From Eledone cirrhosa (taxonomy: Eukaryota): 64,000 nucleotides of DNA. Below are positions 53,097-64,000 of the stretch, piece after piece. Every line of letters starts with the position of its first letter. Position 1 is the first letter of the stretch. Below the pieces are notes generated by a model. That model saw only the letters and a program-made list of their open reading frames with translations. It did not search any database and had not been told where the DNA came from. The stretch is from assembly GCA_964016885.1 (NCBI GenBank), contig CAXHJY010001213.1:11312-75311 (forward strand), written 5' to 3'. Made by a program: the position numbers and the translations under genes.

Positions 53097-53403
53097 CATG
53101 TGTCAATGTTTTTCTCTCAGACTACTCTTGGCTTTCTTTCTCCTTCTTCATCTATCTCTCTTCCTTTCTCCACCTCTATATCTCCATGTCTCTACCATCT
53201 CTTTCTCCATGTTTGTTCATTTTCCGACGCTTAACTAGCTTTCTTGCTCGCCACTCCCTCACTCCACCTCTACTCTGCTATCACATTTATTCATGTTTCC
53301 TTTCTCTCTTTGCTCTCCTTTTTTTGTCTTTCCAACATTTAAGTAAACACATTTAACATACAAACTCAATCTCTCTCCTTCTTTCTCTCTTTGTCCAACC
53401 CTT

Positions 53404-53488
<85 letters not shown>

Positions 53489-53716
53489 CTCTCTCTCTCA
53501 CGCGCTTTCACTCTTCTTTCTTTGTTTCTCACGGACAGACACTGATGCCCCACCACACGCAAATTCATACACATTTATTCACATTCATACGAACACATGC
53601 ATGCAGACGAATATACAGACACATACAAACCAATATATAGAGATATATCCCGCATTCCTCTTTCTCTCCACACACACAGACATACACACACATACACACA
53701 CACACGCACACACACG

Positions 53717-53752
<36 letters not shown>

Positions 53753-56602
53753 TATATATATCCAAACATACATACATGCATGGGTGTATGTACATATACG
53801 TATAGGAATGACTTTTGGATTTACCTATAAACATGGTAAGACGTGTCAGAGAAAAACTGGATAGTCTGTGAGGAAACTCGCCACACCTGGGCTATCTGCT
53901 GAAACCTTTTCCCTTTGATTTTTCTACCTCTTTTTGTTCATTCTTCCATTCTCAATTCATGAATCAGTCTAAACCGTCAAAAATAACCTGTTTTTTTCTT
54001 TCTGACCGTCATACTAACAACTTTTATTTTTTATCCTATCTGATTTTGCTTTTCGTTCGACATATATATACTTCCCCAAAATGGCTGACTAAATGCACAC
54101 GTAAAAGTTTCTCTTTCTTCTATCTCTTATTCTTTTTTCCGATGAAGGACTACGTTAAAACACTTTTCCTAATATATTCAGCGTTTAAAAAAGAACTCCT
54201 TCGGTCATGAATCACCATGGGTTTTGCCCTTACAAATTTCCCCTCTGAGGTATAAACCTGGGTAAGGTGATTTTTGTGGAAGACCAGCAGTCACCCGTTT
54301 ATACCACTCTTTTCTCTCCACGGCACCGATGATGTTCAAGAGAAAATCAAAGGCCGAAACAGCTTGGTACCAGTGACGTTGCAACTCATTTCTACAACTA
54401 ACCGAGCTAGAGCAACGTGAAAATAAAGCATCTTGTTCAATGACACAGCGTACCACCTGCTCTAGTAATCGAACTCACAACTCCACAATTGTGAATCCAA
54501 CTCACTAACAACGCATCGTTCTCTTGTGTTGTTTTTCCTCTTTGATTTTCACACAAGAATCATCAGAAATGCTAAATGAATAACTGTTTCTACTTTTGGC
54601 ACAAGGCCAACAATTATCTCAGTGGATTACTGGTACTTTTTTTATCGACCCCGTCAAAGTTAACCTTGGCGGGATTTGAACTCAGACCGTAAAGGGGCGT
54701 AACTCTGGAGAACACAACAACATTTAAGAAATATATTTGGAGATCAAGAGATAAAAGAATCATCAGAAATGCTAAATGAATAATACAAGATAATGTCACC
54801 AGCGCTTAGGGATCAGCAACTAGTACAGTTACAAAAAATCTTCATATTATTCTCCACCATACTTCAATAGTAAACAAAATAAATTAATTATTTTAACTTC
54901 AAAGCAAACCATCATGATACATTATGAATGGTAAATGACACCAACATCCATGTTATTACATGAAAGCAAAGTTGCAAACGTAAAACGAATCGTCCTTAAT
55001 ATTTTTATCAATCAGGTGATGTATGCATTCGATTGAACAGACGATTGAACGAAACCCTTTTTTAGATAATATACATTCTTGTTGTCCTTAAATACGAAAC
55101 AAGCACACACACACACACACACACATGGAGAACAGCTTTTAGTTTAGTCATGTATTAAACCCATTTTTTATCAATTGTCTTTTCCTATATTCGTAAGAAC
55201 TGTGCAGTTTCTTTGTAACAGTAAAGTTTTCAAATCAATCCTCAACATTTCCAGATCTTCGTAGTATCATCTTCAAGATGAAGTGATGTTGGGGTGTGTT
55301 GTCGCCTCTTTATAGTAAGTAGGGCCAATGTGATAGGTGATTTCATAATCCAATTCTTACTAATTTTCCGCCTCTAATTAATAGGGGAGGGCCTCCCACG
55401 TAGTTGATTTGAACTGCTAGAAATAGAAGTCAAATCTCTCAGAATCCCCCACTGTCCCACGTTGGATAAAATGTTCCATACCCATTAGAAAAATACGGGC
55501 GTGGTCGCGGCTGTAATGACTTTGATCTTAGATTTACTCTATCTGCTGAGCTGTAGTTAAACGGCAATAGCAACAACAATAAAGGCAGCAACCAAAGTAT
55601 TAACAGAAATAGAAACAACAGCAAAAAAAACAACAACCCACCAACAACAACAACATCGGCCTCGCCATCACCACCATCATCACCATCACCACCATCATCT
55701 TCAATAACACAGCCATCACCACCACCTACCATCATCACCATCATCTTCAATAACACTGCCACCACCACCATAACGACGATGATTCCCCCCCCCCCCCCCA
55801 TCATGTCGACAACGACGACAACGACGACAACGACGACAACGACGACAACAACGAAGACGACGACGACGACGACGACGACCACCACCACCACCACCGCCAC
55901 CACCAATACAACCACTACCACAATCAACATCACCCTCTCCCCACCACCACCACCACCACCACCATGACCATCACATCATTGACGACCCCCGCGCCACCAC
56001 CACCACGACCCCGATAACAACAACAATCATAACAACTTCTCCCCCTCCCCCACACCAGCTTTCATCATCCATCTTTCCACTTCATTTATTTTCATCATTA
56101 AACTTGTTCCATCGATTCTCCTCTTTTTATTCTCTCAACCTCTCCTTTCTTTCCTTCTTTCTTTCTTTCTTTCTTTTTTTTTTTCCTTATTTACCAATTT
56201 ATTCATTCCTCCTTTTCATTTCCCTTCATATTTTCAGTACCCCCTCTCTCTCGCTCTCTCTCTTCTTCTCTCCTCTCCGCCTCCCTCTCTTTCTCCTCCC
56301 TCTCCCCCTCTCTCCTCTTCTCTTCTCTCCTCACTCTCTTTCTCTCCCTTTCACAAGTACCCTTGTTTACCCCCACCCTCTACATCATCCTTTCTCTCTT
56401 CTTTCTTCATCGCTCTCTTTCTCAGTCAACTTTTTCTCACCTCACACACATACACATGTGCTCATACTGATACACACACGCACACGCACACACACACACG
56501 CACACACACACGCACGCAAACACGCACACACACGCACACACACACGCACACGCACACGCACACGCACACACACACACACACACGCACGCACACACACGCA
56601 CG

Positions 56603-56633
<31 letters not shown>

Positions 56634-56947
56634 ACACACGCACATACATGCATATGCACATGCACGCATACACGTACATGCACAGACACACGTACTCACA
56701 AATATACAAACACACATACACATATACTGACACAGACAACACGCACACATGTACGCACACAGACACACACAAACACACACATATATACATGTACTCACTC
56801 AGACAAAAATACACACAGACACTCATATTTATGTGCACTAACACAATTGCTCAGAATAACACAAATGCTGTTTACGGATGAAATGTATTTGATCACGTCT
56901 CTGCTCAATAAGAACTGGCCCAGGGCTAAACAACATTAAAAACAGCA

Positions 56948-57118
56948 ATCGGTAGAGCGACGGACACCATGCATTGCAGCATAGAGTTATGGCCCTTTAC
57001 GGTCTGAATTAAAATTCCGCCGAGATTAGCTTTGCCTTTCATCCTTACGAAGTCGATAAAATAAAGTACCAGTAATGCACTGGGGTAATTGCTGGCCTTG
57101 CGCCCGAAAGTAGAAACA
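56948..57118 (+). mobile_element. SINE family 1 copy (others at about 39332-39480, 39566-39690, 54584-54705)
   Basis: Core CTTTGCCTTTCATCCTTACG..GTCGATAAAATAAAGTACCAG and tail. Confidence 0.8.
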
Positions 57119-57530
57119 CTTATTAATCCTTTCGTCAGATGACTGCCATCCTACTCCTACTCTAATAAGTCATCCTCCTTCGAGGTCCCGGCTGACAGGA
57201 AGCTATTTGGCAACTGGTAATGACAAGTAGACGAATAAATAATAGGGAAGGAGCAGATGGTGGTGGTCAGGTGTATTACACGAACGATGTAAGCTAGAGT
57301 GTGTCAATACAATAGGTTTGGCAAACAGAATTTAAAAGAATTAAAAAAAATTGATGAATTCGATAATAGGATAGTATGAGGTGAAATGTGTGTGTGGGGT
57401 GTGTGTTTATAATTTTAGTACATATGTGCTAGTGTGCGTATGTGTGTTAGAGTATTGTATATTTTGTTTATGAGTGTGTGTATGTGTATGTCTAGTTTGG
57501 TCTATGTGTGTGTTTGTGTTAGGTCTATGT

Positions 57531-57770
57531 GCTTGTTTTTATTTTGTGTTTGTGTGTATACTGGAGTATATTTAGTTCTCGATGGTGTATATGTGTGTGT
57601 TTGTTGCTTGTTTTTATTTTGTGTTTGTGTGTATACTGGAGTATATTTAGTTCTCGATGGTGTATATGTGTGTGTTTGTTGCTTGTTTTTATTTTGTGTT
57701 TGTGTGTATACTGGAGTATATTTAGTTCTCGATGGTGTATATGTGTGTGTTTGTTGCTTGTTTTTATTTT
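57531..57770. repeat. 75-bp minisatellite x3
   Basis: CTGGAGTATATTTAGTTCTCGATGG at 57561, 57636 and 57711. Confidence 0.92.
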
Positions 57771-57825
57771 TTTGCTTGTGTGTATGTGCGGGTATCTGTG
57801 TACAACAGGAGTATATTTAGTTCCT

Positions 57826-57890
<65 letters not shown>

Positions 57891-58199
57891 TGTGGGTGTG
57901 TGTGTGTGTGTGTGTGTGGGTGTGTGTGTGTGTGTATGTGTATTATCAATGAATATTTCAAATGTGTATCACCAATGGAAGTGAGTGTGTGTGATTGAGT
58001 GTGTAGGAGTGTTAGCTTTCGTAGATGTATTTTCATGTGTGTATGTGTATGTTGTTTGTGTGTGCTTGTGTTTCAATGCGTGCGTCTGTATGTGTGCACG
58101 TTTCTGTGTTTGAGTGTGTTTGCGGGTGTTATCAGTCTATGTGTGTCTGAATTTGTGTGGGTTATTAGTATGTGTATTTATGTGTGTGTGTATGTGTGT

Positions 58200-58277
<78 letters not shown>

Positions 58278-58309
58278 ACCAAGAGAACCCAAATCTGTAT
58301 TCCATTCGT

Positions 58310-59460
58310 GTAGTTGGAACGGGAGGTGGTGAAGTCGAGGTAGAAGTGAAAGTCGATGGGCTTGAAGAAAGCAGAGGGGTCGAAGGAGCGACGGGGATGG
58401 TCAGACGAAACGGAGATGGCTAGGGAGTTGACTGAAATGGTGGAGGTAGAGGAGGGGAAGTCGGAGGCGAGCTGGAAGGAGTAGAAAACAGGAAAAAGTC
58501 GAGCAGTTACCGGGTGGGCGAGGTGGCGCCGATACAGTCGTCAATGTGGTTTGGGTGTGGGACCAGCCTATTAGGCAAATATTTAAGTTGGCATAGTCGG
58601 GGCTCATTCTTGTGCCCATCGCCACCTTGGTTACCTGTTGGTAGATCTTATGGTAGAAAGAAAAACAGCTGAAAACGAGGACCAGCTCGATAAGGCGGAT
58701 AAAAGTGGATGGTTGAGGGAAGGGGTGAATGTTGAGGAAACGTTGGAGTGCCTTGGGCTCTTGGCGTGAATGACGATGTAGAACGACTTGATGTCAAGTG
58801 TAAAAAAGGAGAGCGGTGGGCTAAGTGAGAAGACGATGGAGTGAAAGGAGCGGAAGGCGTGGTTGGTATCAGAGGTGTTGCCATGGGTGTGAAGACGAAG
58901 TTAAGGTAAGTGGAAATAAGTTCAAGGGAGAAATTAAAGGCGATGATGGAGAGGCCAGGGGTGTCAGATTTTGAGTATTTAGAGGAGGAAGTAGATAATG
59001 GAGATGCGGACGATAAGGTTGGTGGCGGTGGAGTATGTAGGAGTGAGGAAGAGAGGAGTTGACATATGCTGGAGGAAACTTGTTGCTGATAGCGAGGAGT
59101 GGTTTGTTGAGGTTGTGCCATACAACCATGGCACCCCCCTCTGTCGGACGGCGACGAATTCAGTTCGGGAAATATTGCTTCGTTGGGGGCGTTTATGGAA
59201 GTCGAACCGGTTCCCTGTGCGGTGGCAATCATCGACAAATTTGTCTAGGGTGCTGGAATGTATGGGGGCTGGCGTCCAGTGAGATGGTAACTGGCCCAGG
59301 TCAAAGAAGCAGTCAGGGTTGTTCACAGTCGGTGGATTGCCATTAAAATGTGTTTGCAGTTTTGTGCATCGCAGGAATCGTCATTGGTTATTTTGAAGGG
59401 GGATGAAACGTAGACCTATACTGAAGAGGGAACGTTCAGACATAGAGAGAAGAAGGTCGG
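58310..59460 (-). pseudogene. Degenerate Penelope-like RT fragment (Poseidon/Neptune-like, distinct from the adjacent element)
   Basis: VAMGTRMSPDYANL matches the PLE RT motif GxAMGTxMxPxYANL. Upstream are WTP..LDKFVDDC and a TPGL-type motif; many frameshifts. Confidence 0.75.
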
Positions 59461-59561
59461 GTGGTGGTGGTGGTGGTGGTGGTGGTGGAGATCAGACCTG
59501 AGAGTACGTGAATTATTTAAGGACGTAAGAATGAAAACTAAAGTTTAAATATTTATTTATT

Positions 59562-62323
59562 ATGGCTAAGCCTTGTTCCCTTGTGGTCCTACGTGCGTAC
59601 TCACGAGGCAAGACTGGTGATCCTGTGAGTGCGCAGGTGAAAGTTTACTTGCCTTTATCTCTGAAAAATATTCCCACCCCCTCTAAGAATACTTACCTAA
59701 AACTACTGATAGCTAGTGTTAACTCCTTTGTAAAATGGATTAGATGGCGTGCGTTTCACTACGATAGTAATAAGAATAGGAAGGACCCCAGGAATAGAAC
59801 ACATTTTAATAAATACGGCTTCAAAACTTATAAGAGCCCACCACACAACATACTATTAGATAGTTTCGAAGGTGACTTACTCTCTCTGGTCAAAAATGTT
59901 AGGTTTAGGCTAAATATTAGACATAGAAACAATAGTAATTTTGATAAATTCCAGTCCAGACTTAAAAATATTGTTAAGGGTTTCGGTGAGAATAAGTCCA
60001 TTCTGGTCCCGGCAGATAAGACTAAGAATCTATACTCCATGGACTATAGTACATACCGCGATTTTATTTATAAAGAGTTATTTAGAAACTATAAAAAACT
60101 ACGCTTGAGAATTTGAACCACATCAATAGTGAGGGCCTTAGAATAGTCTCTGACCTCGGACTCGATAAGTATACCCAGCCATATTACCCTCGATAACCGA
60201 GATTCACACTTAAGGACCATAAGGTTGATTTTATTAGTAACCCCTCAGTTAGACTTATCTGTCCTTCTAAGTCGGATATAACCATTATCAGTAAAAAAAT
60301 CCTTGACCTTATTATACCAGATGTTAGGGATAAGGTTAATTTTAACCTATGGGGGAACACTAGGGAAGTTATAGATTGGTTCTCTGGGATTAATAGACTT
60401 GAATCTAATAAGTTTATCCAATTCGATATTGATGCCTACTACACATCAATTTCACCCATCCTCCTCAATAAAGCCTTAATGTTGGCCATGAGAGTGTCCA
60501 GCCTTACACGATCGCAGGTAGATATTATACTAGCAGCCCGTAAAACTATTATTAAATTTGAGGACACTTTTTGGACCCGTAAAAACACGCCCAATAATTT
60601 CGACGTTACAATGGGTTCGAGTGATTCGGCCCAGGTTACTGATCTTGTTGGGTTGTTCCTCCTTAATGAACTATACGCTACCTTCCCGCACCTTATAGGC
60701 GGACTATATCGTGATGATGCATTGTTTGTAATTAACTCTAGTACCAACAATGTAGAACTTAATAAGAAGAAGCTTTATAAGTTTTTTAAAAGCTACAACC
60801 TTTCAATCACGATAGATAGAAATGATAGAGCGGTTAACTTTTTAGATGTGACTTTGGACTTGGCCACTAATAGTTTTAAACCCTTCCATAAGCCTAATGA
60901 AATCCTTTCTTATGTTAGCCCCAATTCTAACCACCCTAAGTCTATGATAAACTCTATAATTAAGGGCGTTTCTAATAGGATTTCCACACTATCTAAGGAC
61001 ATAGGAACTTTTAATGAACATGCGGAGTACTACAATAATGCCCTAGCAAATTCAGGTCACTCTAGTAAAATAAATTATAATAATAGTAACTTTAGAAAGT
61101 CTCCGCTTACTCTTAATAATAATAACATTATATCACATAACATCGCCATGAATGGGAGTAGCAAACATAGTAACCGTAGAACTTATATAGGAGTATCTGA
61201 ACCCACCCATAAGTTATCCCACCGGACTCGTAATAGCAAATATAATACCTCTAGGAGATAAGTCGAGCCCCCTGTGCGCTCACGCATTGGAGTTGGTTTG
61301 GCTGGATCTTATTCTAGTAATGTTGCTCCTACTGATCCTATCATTGGCCTTAATCCTCTTGTAGGGATTCCGGACAACAGCGGATCTACTGGAGGTAGAA
61401 ACTATAATAGGCATAACGAAATTATGGCTGATTCTATGAATGTGGCCTCAACTATTCCCGATAGTAACCCTAGTCTCGACGGTGGGACATTTGATAGAGG
61501 TAGGGTCGATAAGAATAAAAATAAAAATAGAAGGCGATTAAATACTTATTTCAACCCGCCATATAACCAGGATGTATCAACTAATATCCCTAGGTCTTTC
61601 TTCACTATCTTAGAGAAAAATTTCCCCCCTTCTCACAAATACCATGGTATTTTTAATAAAAATGTTATTAAACTCTCATTCTCTACCACCCCTAATATTA
61701 GTTCTCATTTAGCTAGCACTAATAATAGGAAAATTAGGGATGGATTCTCCTCTCTACATACTACTAGTCTGAATGCATCGGACAATGCTTTACCACCAGA
61801 ACAGTCCTTATCTAATAGAGGTCCTACGTGTAATACATCACCACTCGAGCCAACCAATAACACCCGGAAGTGCAATTGTAGAGTGAGTGCTAACTGCCCT
61901 CTAAACGGTAACTGCCTTTCTAAGAACATTGTCTACGCTTGCGAGGTTATAACTAATTCCTCTAAAAGAACGTATATAGGATCTACTTCAAACACTTTTA
62001 AGACTAGGTTTAACTCTCATATCTCTAACTTCAAACATGTTAGGTTTAAGAATTCTACCTCTCTAGCGCATTATATCTGGGATCTTAAGGGAGCTTATAT
62101 ACCATATAGCCTTAACTGGTGTTTAGTAGCACGATCTAACCACCTTTCTGCACATAGTAAGTTTTGTAATCTCTGTATACTTGAGACACACTCTATTATT
62201 TTCTCTAGCGTACCCTTACTGAATAGAAAGTCTGAGATATTCTCTTCTTGCCCCCATGCCATTTCTAATTCTTATTTTTATTATAAACCCAAATGTTCTA
62301 GTAGTACAAATTGTACCCATTAG
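59562..62323 (+). pseudogene. Near full-length Penelope-like element (Naiad-type) ORF: RT plus C-terminal GIY-YIG, with three lesions
   Basis: SLKNIPTP, VPADKTKNLY, TLKDHK, RLICPSKS, QFDIDAYYTSI, FDVTMGSSDSA, GLYRDDAL, NFLDVTLDL, SNHP, FNPPYN, CNCR..CPLNGNCL, IVY..YIG, CNLC..E, LNRKSE. Frameshift in an A6 run near 60098; in-frame TAA at 60194 and 61259. Confidence 0.92.
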
Positions 62324-64000
62324 CAGATATATTCCATTACTTAGTTTTTTGTTTGGGTTCTTTTGTTTGCCAACATTAATGTTATCATTGGTTTTTGATG
62401 ACTCTTCATTCTAGCTCTCATAATCATTTGGCCACTGTACCATATCTATGTCTTCACTATTACACCTTGTTAGTATACATAAGATTACACACTTTACGCT
62501 ACTTACGTTATTCTATTATTATCTTTATATTTTTATTATTATTAACTTTAATTTTAATTTTAATTTTATTTTTATTTTTAATTCTATTTTTATTTCTAAG
62601 TCTATTCTGATTTATCTATCGACACCCCCCCCCTTTCTCCCCCTTCCCCCCCATGCACACATAAACTTATTGTCAACCCCTCCAGATTGAATATGATTTT
62701 ATGCTCCGTTCTATTATTTATTATAGTATATCGAATATATTTTATGCCACTTCGCACCCTCCATATATTTTGTCAATTCTGTCCCCATTAGCCTACCTTA
62801 ACTCTACTTAAGTCAGTTTTTTAGATATCGTTGCGTATATGATAGTATAATTTTATTCCTTTTTGTAAACATTTGTAACGATACATTAAAGTTTATATAC
62901 TTTAATGACTTAAACTACAGCTAATATTATACTACCTTATTGGACGGGTTCGATATTTTTAATATTAATTTATCAAATAGGGTTTGGAGTCATTTAAAAT
63001 GATTGCTTTCCTTGGTGTTTACCTAATTTCTTAAATGCACGCGAAGCCTAAATGTGTATACATTTGCTTTTGTTTTGTAATTTCCGGTTGATTGTATTTA
63101 TTTGTTTTATTCTATATTCTATTTACTATTCACTGTCTGGCTTCGCTCACTCATCCACATATGTCTGTCTACTAACCTTGTAATTATAAGTATTTATATA
63201 TTTTATGCCAATTTTAAAATATATTATATTATATTGTATGTAATATAGATCCTTATTACTTACTGTTCATTATATGTAACATTATGATATTTAAACTTTA
63301 TATATCATGTAAGATGTCTGGGTTTTTTTAATATTGTAATATGTAACATTATGATATTTAGACTTTACATATCATGTTAGATGTCTGTATATTTTTTTCT
63401 GTAACATCATATTTTTTTCTGTAACATCATAATTTTTCCCTGTACCATTATAGTTTTTTTGAGTATTATATGATTTATATTTCCTCATTTATTCTGTAAC
63501 CCAGTATGAATCAATTTGTATATATTGTTTATGGTACATGTTAATATACTGTTAACATTTTATCATTGTATTTCATTGTGACATCTATATTGTTTCTGTA
63601 AATTAACCGGGGATTATCTATTCTATTTTATTATATTATATTGAATTATATAATTTTGTTGTTTATTATTTGTTATATGTGTTTCTTGTAATTATATCAT
63701 ATTATTGCCTCATGTATATTGGGTAGATGTATTAGTATTATTTTCACTATTACCATGCTTATTTTTAATATTCAAACTTCTAATAGGGCTTAATTTCTGT
63801 GTAGTCGAACATAGATATGTGTGTTGTTATATGTGCGTGTGTGTGTGTGTGTGCGCGCACATATATACATGTATATATTGTACCTTTTGATTTTTAGTTT
63901 GGAATTTTAATGTTGGTAAAAGTATATTGTTATTATAATGTATTATATTGTGTTATATATAATTCCTGCTCTATATAACCAAATTTGTTTAGATTTAGGT
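62324..64000 (+). mobile_element. Probable long AT-rich 3' UTR of the PLE, running off the window
   Basis: SINE-free AT-rich sequence with short tandem duplications, like the UTRs of the other PLE fragments. No terminal HHR seen within the window. Confidence 0.5.

Noticed and set aside
54138-54170. CCGATGAAGGACTACGTTAAAACAC, resembling the 31621 hammerhead family
   Set aside because: The core is mutated and the GAAA segment deleted; a relic only.
60194-61261. Selenocysteine recoding of the PLE in-frame stops, as reported for some Naiads
   Set aside because: Both in-frame stops are TAA rather than TGA and are not at conserved Cys positions; no SECIS was recognised.

Overview
Repeat-saturated eukaryotic DNA with no recognisable host gene. 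It is probably an octopus genome, inferred from the SINE families and microsatellite load, which the sequence alone cannot prove. Most ORF-track entries are translations of (TA)n, (CA)n or (TATG)n tracts. The real coding content is transposon-derived: an intact RTE LINE with APE, RT and three C2H2 fingers (2483-6028, -); a near-complete Penelope-like element (PLE) with a C-terminal GIY-YIG (59562-62323, +); two more GIY-YIG 3' fragments; a second PLE RT fragment; CRE-like RLE retroelement fragments; a Tx1/L1 RT fragment; a Merlin/ISXO2 remnant; a mariner derivative; and many tRNA-derived SINEs. The main signal is non-coding: about 25 intact-looking type I hammerhead ribozyme (HHR) motifs from at least 7 unrelated sequence families, folded by eye, almost all in modules inserted into (TA)n. 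The centrepiece is a 310-bp unit with one HHR, repeated 6x on minus and 9.3x on plus (13171-17931, copies identical by eye), between two outward-facing PLE endonuclease fragments. There are also several HHR fold-back palindromes and two 608-640-bp HHR monomers with terminal redundancy. My inference is a retrozyme-like system of self-cleaving, probably circular RNAs copied in trans by PLE RT/GIY-YIG, with both outer ends of many insertions being 3' ends.
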